A stretch of 63,851 nucleotides of DNA, the filler included, from Deltaproteobacteria bacterium (lineage in GTDB: Bacteria; CG2-30-53-67): assembly GCA_013151235.1 (NCBI GenBank). It is 6 parts of 6 records of this genome, joined end to end, with 100 filler letters (N's around TTAATTAATTAA, not from the genome) between each part and the next. Parts side by side here need not be neighbours in the genome. Positions count along the whole stretch, not along the records: positions 42,015 to 51,847 come from JAADIO010000045.1; positions 51,948 to 61,586 come from JAADIO010000054.1; 4 more parts are not named here. One strand, written 5' to 3'. Every line of letters begins with the position of its first letter. The first letter of the stretch is position 1. Shown piece by piece: positions 44,807 to 53,624 of this stretch. The notes beneath the pieces were generated by a model. That model was not told where the DNA came from. It saw only the letters and a list, made by a program, of their open reading frames with translations, and did no database searches. A program made the position numbers and the translations under genes.

Positions 44807-45135
44807 GATGGTCTCGTAAAAAGTCACGAAGCCCTTCGACCCTTCGGCCAGCTCAGGACAGGCCCTTCGGCTGGCTCAGGACAGGCCCTTCGATGCTTCG
44901 ATAAACTCAGCACAGGCCCGCTCAGGGCGAACGGTGTAAGTTATTGATATTCCGTTCGTGTGGTTCGGCGAACTTCCGAGCATGGTGAGCTTGCCGAACC
45001 ACATGCTCGGAAAATTTAATGGACCGTTCGTGGTGAGCTTGCCGAACCACATGCTCGGAAAATTTAATGGACCGTTCGTGGTGAGCCTGTCGAACCATGA
45101 ACGGAATCCGGAAAACAACTCTTTACGACTTCATC
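44807..45135. mobile_element. modular REP-containing MITE, long copy with internal tandem repeats
   Basis: TIRs GATGGTCTCGTAAAAAGT / ACTCTTTACGACTTCATC, direct repeat ATGCCTT; internal 23-bp and 48-bp tandem units. Confidence 0.85.
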
Positions 45136-45162
45136 ATGCCTTGCTTCCCTCGCAAGAAACCA

Positions 45163-45768
45163 TCAAGCCTTTGAGAGCGAACGAAGGGACTCACGAATCA
45201 ATTCTTCGACGGAACGTCCTTCCTCTTCGGAAGCGAGACCCCGGATGATCTCGGCCACCTCTCCCCGCTTGTACCCTAAATGAATCAGGGCCGCCACTGC
45301 GTCCTTATAAGGACACTCCTCCAGCACCTCCCTGTTGGCGGTTCCACCCCCCTCTGTATCGAGGCCGGGAGGGACCTTGTCCTTCAGCTCCATACAGATC
45401 CGTTCCGCCGTTTTCCGCCCCACGCCGGGAATCCCGCTCAACCGTCCGACATCTTCGTCCAGAATCGCCGAGCGGAGACTTCCCGCATCCAACCCGGACA
45501 GAATGGCCAATGCCATTTTCGGTCCGATCTTGGAAACGGAAATGAGCAATTTGAAAAACTCCTTTTCCGAGGCGGTCAGAAATCCGAAGATCTGAATGGC
45601 ATCTTCCCGGACATGGGTATGGGTCTTCAGGCGGACCGGTTCCCCGATCTCGGGCAACTGGTCATAGGTAGAAAGAGGAATGGAGACTTGATACCCCACG
45701 CCGCCCACATCAACAATAATCTCGGAAGGGACCTTCGACTCCAGCACCCCTTTGAGCTGTGCAATCAT
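45163..45768 (-). CDS. ruvA: Holliday junction branch migration protein RuvA
   Basis: MIAQLKG, VGGVGY, VRED, IGPK.AL, PGVGRKTAER. Confidence 0.98.
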   Translation of the reverse strand: MIAQLKGVLESKVPSEIIVDVGGVGYQVSIPLSTYDQLPEIGEPVRLKTHTHVREDAIQIFGFLTASEKEFFKLLISVSKIGPKMALAILSGLDAGSLRSAILDEDVGRLSGIPGVGRKTAERICMELKDKVPPGLDTEGGGTANREVLEECPYKDAVAALIHLGYKRGEVAEIIRGLASEEEGRSVEELIRESLRSLSKA

Positions 45769-45788
45769 AATGAGTCATCCGGGTTATG

Positions 45789-46289
45789 TTATCGGGCCAG
45801 GACTTTCATTTTCAGATTCATCTCCCGGGAATGACTGTGGCAGATGGCCAGCGCCAGGGCATCGGAGGCATCATAGGGCTCGGGAAGTTCCGCGAGAGAG
45901 AGGAGGGCTTTGACCATATGTTGAACCTGGCTCTTTTCTGCCCGGCCGGAACCGGCCAGTGTCTTTTTGACCTCCGCCGGGGTGTACTCCACCACCTCCA
46001 GCCCCTGGTTGACCGCCGCCAGGATCGCCACTCCGCGGGCATGTCCAAGTTTCAGAGCAGACTGTACATTCCGGGCCACAAAGATGTTCTCAATTGAGAC
46101 CACGTCCGGTCGATAGCGCTCCATGACAATTTTCAATTCACTGTAGATCCGTTTGAGACGGGAGGAAATGGGAGAAGAGGAAGAGGTCCGGACAACACCG
46201 CAGGCAAGATAGTGAAGGGAGGTCTGCTCTTCATGGATGATCCCGAACCCGGTCCGCACCGAACCGGGATCCACGCCCAGGATACGCAC
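45789..46289 (-). CDS. ruvC: crossover junction endodeoxyribonuclease RuvC
   Basis: ILGVDPGS, IENIF, LGHARG, DASDALA.A.CH. Confidence 0.98.
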   Translation of the reverse strand: MRILGVDPGSVRTGFGIIHEEQTSLHYLACGVVRTSSSSPISSRLKRIYSELKIVMERYRPDVVSIENIFVARNVQSALKLGHARGVAILAAVNQGLEVVEYTPAEVKKTLAGSGRAEKSQVQHMVKALLSLAELPEPYDASDALALAICHSHSREMNLKMKVLAR

Positions 46290-47039
46290 TCAGGCACCTA
46301 CCCTCTCAATGACTTCATCATCAATATCGAAATTGGCATGGACGGCGTTCACATCATCGTTGTCTTCCAGCGCCGCCAAAAGCTTCAACATCTGTTCCGC
46401 CTCTTTGCCTTCCAGTCGGACCGTAGTACTCGGGATCTTCGTAATCTCGGTCAGGGACAATTCAAGTCCCGCCTCCTCCAGACTCTTTTTGACCGCCTCG
46501 AAATCACCCGGCTCCATCGTAATCTCAAAGGTGTCCCCGCCGGCCTGAACATCCTCGGCACCCGCCTCCAGGGCAAGCTCCATCAGACGGTCTTCGTCCA
46601 CCTTCGTCTTTTCAACAGCGATCAACCCCCGTGTCTGGAACATCCAGGCCACACAGCCGTTTTCCCCCAGGTTCCCGTTATGTTTGGAAAAGATATGACG
46701 GACCTCGGCAACGGTCCGGTTCTTGTTGTCCGTCAGGGTCTCCACCAGCACGGCCACCCCGCCGGGTCCATATCCTTCATAAGTAAATTCTTCGTAACTG
46801 ATGCCCGGAAGCTCGCCCGTTCCCTTCTGGATGGCCCGTTTAATATTATCGGCCGGCATATTGACATCCTTGGCCTTCATCACCACCGTCCGAAGCCGGG
46901 GATTCGCCGATAGATCTCCGCCGCCGATCCGGGCCGCCACGGTAATCTCCTTGATCAGTTTTGTAAAGACCTTCCCCCGCTTTGCATCTGTTGCCGATTT
47001 CTTATACTTGATCGTTGCCCATTTTGAATGGCCTGACAT
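46290..47039 (-). CDS. yebC: YebC/PmpR family protein
   Basis: [22 protein letters not shown]. Confidence 0.97.
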   Translation of the reverse strand: MSGHSKWATIKYKKSATDAKRGKVFTKLIKEITVAARIGGGDLSANPRLRTVVMKAKDVNMPADNIKRAIQKGTGELPGISYEEFTYEGYGPGGVAVLVETLTDNKNRTVAEVRHIFSKHNGNLGENGCVAWMFQTRGLIAVEKTKVDEDRLMELALEAGAEDVQAGGDTFEITMEPGDFEAVKKSLEEAGLELSLTEITKIPSTTVRLEGKEAEQMLKLLAALEDNDDVNAVHANFDIDDEVIERVGA

Positions 47040-47267
47040 TCCGACTGCTCCTCTTGACAAACATTTCACACCACAAGCCCCGGCGGCACAGATGCACCCT
47101 CCGGTATTGATCCGGACGAACAATCCATACCATAACCGGGCGAGAAAAGTCAAGATCCGGCGATTTTTTTCAAAAGTCAGTTCGCCGACAAAAAAACGGC
47201 CGGTGGCACAACAAACCGATCATTCTTTGAATCAGGAAAAAAACTGTGCTATGATTCAATTAAAATT

Positions 47268-47437
47268 GATGCTCTCGTAAAAAGTCGTTTTCCGGATTCC
47301 GTTCATGGTTCGACAGGCTCACCACGAACGGAATATCAATCACTTACACCGTTCGCCCTGAGCGGGCCTGTCCTGAGCCGGCCGAAGGGCCTGTCCTGAG
47401 CCGGTCGAAGGGCTTCGTGACTTTTTACGACACCATC
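47268..47437. mobile_element. modular REP-containing MITE, full copy
   Basis: TIR GATGCTCTCGTAAAAAGTC ... GACTTTTTACGACACCATC, flanked by direct repeat AAAATT. Confidence 0.85.
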
Positions 47438-47465
47438 AAAATTGATCACTTTCCCGGCCAAAATT

Positions 47466-48632
47466 ATGGTTCCCGAAAATAAATCCAGAATCCTTGTCGT
47501 TGACGATGACGAAAAATCGATCCTGGTTATCCGCGACCTTCTTGAATTCGAAGGATACCGGGTCTTTACTGCATCCAACGGCCGGGAGGCACTGGAGAAA
47601 ATTGAGAAAACGGAGATGGACCTGGTCATCACCGACTTCCAGATGCCTGTGATGGACGGATTTGAACTTCTCCAGGCGATCAACCGGGGGTTTCCCGAAC
47701 TGCCGGTCATCATGCTCACCGGCCAGTACCGGGAAGACATGGAGCGCGCGATCACCACCCTCAAGGAAGGTGCCTATGACTACATGCTCAAACCGGTCAA
47801 CCTGACGAAACTTCGCAAATCGGTTTTTTCTACACTTCAGATCAGCCAGTCCAAACGGGAAAGCCGCGCCCTGACGGAAATTCTCGAGAAAACCCTGACC
47901 GAGCTGAACAAGAAGAGTGAAAAACTGGAAGAGCTGACCCGGATCCACAACGACCTGCTCAACATCATCTCCCAGGACCTCGAAGCCCCTCTAACGATCC
48001 TCACGGGGAGTTGCAAAATGCTTCTCAAGGAAGACGAGAAAACCATCCCGCCGAAATACAAGCAACTGATTGAACTGATCGGACGGCAGGGGGAAGACAT
48101 TGAAGCCATTATCTCCGACCTCCTTGATCTGGCGGTCGTCGACACGGGACCGACGGAAATTCACAAAGTGGAGACGGGGCTTCAGAAGATCCTCGACAAG
48201 TGCCGCCGGAATCTCTACACCGTGGCCGAGAACAAGGGGATCACCATCGCAGTACAACCCCCCACGGGGCTCAAACCGGTCTATGCCGATGAGGCACGGA
48301 TGAAACAGGTCTTCTTCAACCTGCTCCATCAGGCCATTCATCTGAGCAACCGGAACGGGGCCATCCGGGTCGGAATCATCCCCCTGGCCCGGGATCAAAG
48401 GGTGGAGATTCTCTTTCGGAGCAGCACAATCCTCCTCGACAGGATCCAGGAAATTTTTGAAGGAAAGGAAATCATCCCCGGGATCGACAAGCAGACCCGC
48501 TACCGCCTGAGTCACTGCCGGGAAATCATCGAACTCCACGAAGGAAAGATCTGGGTGGAAGAGGGAATCGAAGGGGAGACACTCTTTTGCGTGCAGATTC
48601 CGAATCTCTTCATGAAACGGGAAAAGGACTGA
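47466..48632 (+). CDS. REC plus degenerate HisKA/HATPase hybrid (pseudokinase)
   Basis: Intact REC (VVDDD, ITDFQMP, KP); H-box reads SQDLEAPL, N-box NLLHQA, G-boxes absent. Confidence 0.8.
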   Translation: MVPENKSRILVVDDDEKSILVIRDLLEFEGYRVFTASNGREALEKIEKTEMDLVITDFQMPVMDGFELLQAINRGFPELPVIMLTGQYREDMERAITTLKEGAYDYMLKPVNLTKLRKSVFSTLQISQSKRESRALTEILEKTLTELNKKSEKLEELTRIHNDLLNIISQDLEAPLTILTGSCKMLLKEDEKTIPPKYKQLIELIGRQGEDIEAIISDLLDLAVVDTGPTEIHKVETGLQKILDKCRRNLYTVAENKGITIAVQPPTGLKPVYADEARMKQVFFNLLHQAIHLSNRNGAIRVGIIPLARDQRVEILFRSSTILLDRIQEIFEGKEIIPGIDKQTRYRLSHCREIIELHEGKIWVEEGIEGETLFCVQIPNLFMKREKD

Positions 48633-48710
48633 ATTCCGAGGCACAAAGGGGCAAAGGATGAAGAAGAAAACGGGAAAGCCGACACAGCAAAAAAGTGATC
48701 ACTAAAATAC

Positions 48711-49700
48711 TTATCTTGAAACCTTGGCCCGAGGTTCCATCTCGATCACGTCAATCGGGCAGACATCAACACAGGCCCGACACCCCACACATTTCTCCGG
48801 ATCAACCACATGAAGTTTCCCTGTCTCACCGGTAATCGCCTTCACGGGACAGACCTTGACACACTCCGTACAGCCGTCGCACTTCTCCCCGATCACCGCA
48901 AGAGGATGGAGACCCGCCAACTGATCCTCGATCACCTTCGTCGGGCACTTGGCCACACAGAGACCGCATTGCCGGCACTTCTCCGGAATCACCCGGGCCA
49001 GGAAGCGGTCCATCTCGATCGCCTCGAAGGGGCAGACCTTTTTGCAGAGGCTGCATCCGATACAGCCGACGGTACAGATCTTTTTCACCGCCGCCCCCTT
49101 GTCATGAGAGGAGCAAAGCACGGTCACCTTCTTGTGGATCGGAAGGAGCTGGATAATCTTCTTCGGACAGGCGGCCACGCAGTTGCCGCAGCTCGTACAC
49201 TTCGATTCATCAATCACCGGCAGACCATCCGGGCTCATCGTAATCGCGTCAAAGGGACAGGCACGCATACAGGTCCCGAACCCGAGACAGCCGTATCCAC
49301 AGGCCTTGCTTCCGCCCGCCACCAGCGCCGCCGCCCGACAGTCCGAAACACCATGGTAGGTATATTTTTCTTTCGCCGCTGCATGCCCCCCCTTGCAGAG
49401 AAGCCGCGCCACGACAGGATCCCTGGTCTCGGCCTCCACACCGAGGATCTTTGCGATCACCCCGGCCGTCTCACCTCCCCCGACCGGACAGCCGCTGATC
49501 GGAGCACTCCCTTTCACCATCGCCTCGGCCATACCGCTGCACCCGGGAAAACCGCACCCCCCGCAGTTCGCCCCCGGCAGGGCCTCTAAAATCGCCTCCT
49601 GCTTCGGGTCCACCTTCACGGCAAACTTTTTGGAAGCCACCCCCAGACCGAAGGCGGCCAGGACCCCCAGACCACCCAAACTCAATATTGCCTCAATCAT
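48711..49700 (-). CDS. rnfB: Rnf electron transport complex subunit B (polyferredoxin form)
   Basis: TM, LPGANCGGCGFPGC, multiple CxxCxxCxxxCP motifs. Confidence 0.92.
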   Translation of the reverse strand: MIEAILSLGGLGVLAAFGLGVASKKFAVKVDPKQEAILEALPGANCGGCGFPGCSGMAEAMVKGSAPISGCPVGGGETAGVIAKILGVEAETRDPVVARLLCKGGHAAAKEKYTYHGVSDCRAAALVAGGSKACGYGCLGFGTCMRACPFDAITMSPDGLPVIDESKCTSCGNCVAACPKKIIQLLPIHKKVTVLCSSHDKGAAVKKICTVGCIGCSLCKKVCPFEAIEMDRFLARVIPEKCRQCGLCVAKCPTKVIEDQLAGLHPLAVIGEKCDGCTECVKVCPVKAITGETGKLHVVDPEKCVGCRACVDVCPIDVIEMEPRAKVSR

Positions 49701-49854
49701 TTTTGATCTTTTCCCCGTGACTCCCTGTGTTCCCCTTGGTTCGTCGCTTTCTGCTTTTGATCTTGTTCTTCTCTTCGCCCTTGGCGTTCTCTGCGAGAGA
49801 TGGGGTTGGTTTTAAGATCCGCCTCTCGCCAAGCCCGCAAAGATCACGAAGCCG

Positions 49855-50433
49855 TCACTTCACCAGCCCCGAAAACCCCATGAACGCCAGCGACAGCAAC
49901 CCCGCCGTCACCAGGGCGATCGGCATCCCCTTGAAGGTCTCCGGAACCCGGGCCAGGGCAATCCGTTCCCGCAGCCCTGCAAAAAGAACCAGCGCCAGGG
50001 TAAAACCAACTGCAGCTGAAAAACCGAAGACCGTGGTCTCAACAAAATTAAAATCCTTCTGCACGTTCAGAATCGCCACACCGAGGACGGCGCAGTTCGT
50101 CGTAATCAGAGGAAGAAAGATTCCGAGGGAACCGTAAAGAGCCGGGCTCGTTTTCTGGATCACCATCTCCACCAACTGCACCAGGGCGGCAATCACCAAG
50201 ATGAAGGCAATCGTCTGAAGATACTCGATCCCGTAGGGAACAAGAATGTAGCGCTGAACGAGGAAAGTCACTACCGAGGCCACAGTCATCACGAAGATCA
50301 CGGCCATCCCCATCCCGACCGCCGTCTCCACCTTCTTCGAGACCCCTAAAAAGGGGCAGATCCCCAAGAATCGGGCCAAAACAAAATTGTTGACCAGGAC
50401 CGCCCCGATCACCAGTAGAAAGATCTCAAACAT
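49855..50433 (-). CDS. rnfA: Rnf electron transport complex subunit A
   Basis: [29 protein letters not shown]. Confidence 0.95.
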   Translation of the reverse strand: MFEIFLLVIGAVLVNNFVLARFLGICPFLGVSKKVETAVGMGMAVIFVMTVASVVTFLVQRYILVPYGIEYLQTIAFILVIAALVQLVEMVIQKTSPALYGSLGIFLPLITTNCAVLGVAILNVQKDFNFVETTVFGFSAAVGFTLALVLFAGLRERIALARVPETFKGMPIALVTAGLLSLAFMGFSGLVK

Positions 50434-50464
50434 ATCTCACTCCACACGATACATGATTTTCGAC

Positions 50465-50493
50465 ATAGTAGGGTTCGCGAAGAAAAATGTCAA
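50465..50493 (-). promoter_or_regulatory. sigma70 promoter directly upstream of rnfA
   Basis: Minus strand TTGACA-17-TACTAT, 31 nt before the rnfA ATG. Confidence 0.65.
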
Positions 50494-50562
50494 GAGGGAA
50501 TGAGCGCCTGCGCCCCGATTACCCCGGGGCGGTGGGCTTAGCAAAGGAATGCGGCAGGGAAA

Positions 50563-51080
50563 ATGAATGTCGATGCTCGGCTTTGTGGAGGGACCCCGTT
50601 CCTCCCCTCCGGAGCGTTGGGTAAGACCCGCCCCGGCAGTTGCCCCCGATGTCATTCCGACCGGCTCTGGGGTCACGGTTTTGTAGAGAGGCTATTTGAC
50701 GGTTTTTCCGTTCCCCTGTTGATAAGACGTTACCGGTGCAGTCTGTGCGGCTGCATCATCACCCTCCGGCCGGACAGCCATTTCCCCCGGATCCAGGCGC
50801 CAAAAGAGGAGATTCGATCCGCTCTTTCCCACCGGATTGCAACCGGCCGATAGCCTGCCGGTCGACGGCCCACCGGCCGATGGCCCACCGGCCTCTTCCC
50901 GCCCCGTGCCCGGCACTATTTGCGCAATCTGAGGCGAAACGCCCTGGCTTCTCTGTCCGATCTATGGAAAGGGGGTCTGCCGGCGGCCTTTGACACCCTG
51001 ATCGATCGAGGACATATCCCTGTCTGCGTGCAACGCACAGGCAGGCCGCTCTGCCGGCCCATTGAATCCGCTTGTACGAC
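50563..51080 (+). pseudogene. transposon-associated Zn-ribbon (DUF6431-like) remnant
   Basis: CPRC...WGHG...RRYRC..C....TLRP; in-frame TAG at 50851 inside a 15-bp tandem repeat; frame continues RHYLRNLRR. Confidence 0.55.
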
Positions 51081-51155
51081 TGATGGCGGGTCACCCTACC
51101 GGGGTTTGCCGGTGACAACCCCTTTTTTCTCATGGTACGGTCCATCAAACCATCA

Positions 51156-51606
51156 AAGAAAATAGGAACAGCGACCATTATATTCCTTTGCGTGGCCGCC
51201 CTCTCTTCTTTGCCATTGAATCTCGGCCAACGATCTTTCCAATCTTTCGAATAAATGCATCCCCACCGCAAGGACGTCCGGTAAGGGAATTTCTTCTGAG
51301 AGCACTCACCAACCGGTCATCCTCTCTTTCCATTAACTAACCACGCCAATCCTGAATTCTGGTTGTCAGATTGCAATCTCCCCACAAAACAAGATCCGTT
51401 TCACTTTTGATATGACTTTTCGCACTTGACCACTTGTAATTCTCGTAAAATCTCCATCTTCTTCAAATACCGTCTGACGGTAGTTGCCCCTCTGTGTCAC
51501 ATGATGCGGATATCCCTGGGCTACGGCTCTTGCTATTCTTGGCATGAGAAGGATGTATCATATTTCCAAAGCTGTCAATAAAAATGGTCGCTGTCCCTAT
51601 TTTCTT
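51156..51606 (-). mobile_element. RAYT/Y1-transposase element remnant with 24-bp inverted ends
   Basis: AAGAAAATAGGAACAGCGACCATT / AATGGTCGCTGTCCCTATTTTCTT (23/24 match). Confidence 0.7.
51178..51545 (-). pseudogene. REP-associated tyrosine transposase (Y1) pseudogene
   Basis: MPRIAR...YPHHVTQRGN.RQ.VF, then frameshift to ENYKWSSA...GRP.G...F...RGRPRK*; HUH core deleted, one in-frame TAG. Confidence 0.8.
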
Positions 51607-51617
51607 GTGTATTTTCT

Positions 51618-51770
51618 TGAAGTCGTAAAAAGTCCGTTCGACCCTTCGACACGCTCAGGACGAACGGTGTAAGTCATTGATATTCCGTTCGTGTGGTTCG
51701 GCAAGCTTCCGAGCATGGTGAGCTTGCCGAACCACATGCTCGGAAAGCTTAATGGACCGTTCGTGGTGAG
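51618..51770. repeat. one-ended REP/MITE copy interrupted by IS end A
   Basis: TGAAGTCGTAAAAAGTC then the same modules as 44807-45135, ending GTTCGTGGTGAG. Confidence 0.8.
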
Positions 51771-51847
51771 ACATAATGGCTGACAGTTGGCAAAAAAGTG
51801 CCTGCCCCTTGCCAACGTGGGTTATGCTGGAAATTATTAACCCCGGC
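51771..51847 (-). mobile_element. second copy of IS110/IS1111-like end A
   Basis: Exact reverse complement of 1-77; runs into the contig end. Confidence 0.55.
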
Positions 51848-51947
51848 NNNNNNNNNNNNNNNNNNNNNNNNNNNNNNNNNNNNNNNNNNNNTTAATTAAT
51901 TAANNNNNNNNNNNNNNNNNNNNNNNNNNNNNNNNNNNNNNNNNNNN
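51848..51947. other. artificial contig linker
   Basis: N run with TTAATTAATTAA. Confidence 0.99.
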
Positions 51948-52174
51948 CACGATCTCGCCCTTTTTCCCGACCTTTCTGCGATGCTCGGCTGCGTGAAGGG
52001 GTTACTCTCCCCCTACGGGGGAGCATAGGAAAAACCCGTACTTTAATTTTCTTGCCTTCCCCGTCACTCCCCGTGTTCCCCGTGGTTCATGCCTTTGCCC
52101 TTGCCTCTGTGCCTTTGCCCCTTTGCCCCTTTGCCCCAGCCCTCATTCTTTGTCAAATAATTGATATTTTTTTC

Positions 52175-52223
52175 TTGACAACTCATTTGATATCCATTAT
52201 CTTCTCAACACAAGATATAGTAT
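52175..52223 (+). promoter_or_regulatory. sigma70-like promoter with downstream NrdR-like box
   Basis: TTGACA-17-TATCTT; ACACAAGATATAGTAT at 52208-52223 resembles acaCwAtATaTwGtgt. Confidence 0.5.
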
Positions 52224-52423
52224 TTTTATTTTGGGCAAATACCAAATAACCTGTCAACCATTGGAAAGTGACAATGAGGACAGAAACAACGAACCGGGAG
52301 GAGAAGCACCCCGGGGAGTTTTCTTCCTCAACTCTGCTCAACCACATCAGGGGCAAGATCGCAGTTCAGCAAAGCGGTACAGGCATGCAATGAACCGGTC
52401 AGTCATCTTGAAAGGAGCAGGCT

Positions 52424-53572
52424 ATGAAAACCTTTGCCATTGTAAATCAAAAAGGAGGCTGCGGAAAGACAACAACATCCATCAACCTTGCCGCCGGCCT
52501 GGCGGATCGGGGAAAGAAAGTCCTGCTCGTCGACATGGACCCTCAATCCCACGCCTCCCTGGGACTCAACATCACGGTCGGCGAACTTGATCTGGGATTA
52601 TATGATGTTCTCCTCGCCGTCGGGGAAGAGGACGGCCCACGGCTGGATGATATCGTTGCTCCAGTCGTCAAGAACCTTGACCTGGTTCCTTCGAACATTA
52701 TTCTTTCCGCTTTTGAGCAGAAAATGGCCGGTACTGCAGGCCGCGAGACCCGACTGCTTGAGGCCATCAATGCCATGGAAGGAGAGTATGACTATCTCCT
52801 CATCGATTGTCCTCCATCCGTGGGGCTTCTCTCTTTCAACGCTCTCATGGCCGTTCATCACGTCATTATCCCCATTGAGCCAAGCTTCTTTTCACTTCAC
52901 GGACTCGGCAAACAGATTGAATCAATTCGGATATTCACGGAAAAACTGAATCACTTCATTGAGATCCATACGCTCGTCACAATGTTCGATCGGCGGACCC
53001 GACTTTCCCGTGAAGTCCTGGAAGAGGTGCAAAAGCACTTCGGCAAACAGCTTTTTCAGACCGTTATCCATAACAACATCCGCCTCAAAGAGGCAGCCGG
53101 CTACGGCTCCCCCATCTGTAAATTTGATCGCCACTGTACCGGATTCCATGATTTTCAGGCCCTTGCCGAAGAAGTGTCTCTGCTCAAGGCCGTTGAGGTT
53201 CAGGTACAACCGGTGGAAACACTGGGGCCCCGGCCGGTACGCAACGGGATTCTCTTTTCCCTGGATGCACCGAACGTAAAATCCCTGAAGTTAGTGGGGG
53301 ACTTCAACAACTGGACACCGGACAAAAATTCGGAACTGGAAAAGGGAGAGGCCGGAAGGTGGGAAAAAACTCTGTCCCTGCCGCCCGGGAGATACCATTA
53401 TAAATTTATCGCCGACGGCGAGTGGCGGGAAGATTCCGGCAATCCCAACTACATCATCAACGATTTCGGCGGGATCGATTCCGTCGTGGAGGTCAAGCCG
53501 ATAGAGTTCCCCGAACTGATGCAGCAGGACCGGTCCCTGGGCATGGAAGCGGACCAGCAGGAAGCGAGTTGA
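52424..53572 (+). CDS. ParA/Soj ATPase fused to a C-terminal glycogen-binding (CBM48/AMPK1_CBM-type) domain
   Basis: Deviant Walker A NQKGGCGKTT, DMDPQ, DCPP, TMFD.RT; C-terminal FSLDAP..VGDFNNW...GRWE..L.LPPGRYHYKFIADGEW..D..NP. Confidence 0.88.
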   Translation: MKTFAIVNQKGGCGKTTTSINLAAGLADRGKKVLLVDMDPQSHASLGLNITVGELDLGLYDVLLAVGEEDGPRLDDIVAPVVKNLDLVPSNIILSAFEQKMAGTAGRETRLLEAINAMEGEYDYLLIDCPPSVGLLSFNALMAVHHVIIPIEPSFFSLHGLGKQIESIRIFTEKLNHFIEIHTLVTMFDRRTRLSREVLEEVQKHFGKQLFQTVIHNNIRLKEAAGYGSPICKFDRHCTGFHDFQALAEEVSLLKAVEVQVQPVETLGPRPVRNGILFSLDAPNVKSLKLVGDFNNWTPDKNSELEKGEAGRWEKTLSLPPGRYHYKFIADGEWREDSGNPNYIINDFGGIDSVVEVKPIEFPELMQQDRSLGMEADQQEAS

Positions 53573-53624
53573 AAGATCCTGTTCCGGAATTCTATGGCCC
53601 ACAACACATCAACGAGGGGGGTTC

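Noticed and set aside
44940-45110. Possible CRISPR array
   Set aside because: Units are identical 48-bp tandem copies with no unique spacers, lie inside a MITE, and no cas genes are present
50851-50853. Pyrrolysine/stop read-through at in-frame TAGs (50851 and in the RAYT remnant)
   Set aside because: Both lie in decayed mobile genes; no pyl genes are present, and simple point mutations explain them
52230-52400. c-di-GMP-I riboswitch in the ParA-CBM leader
   Set aside because: Only fragments (GGGCAAA, CCATTGGAAA) resemble it; the GACGCAAA junction and P3 are missing. An Rfam scan would be needed
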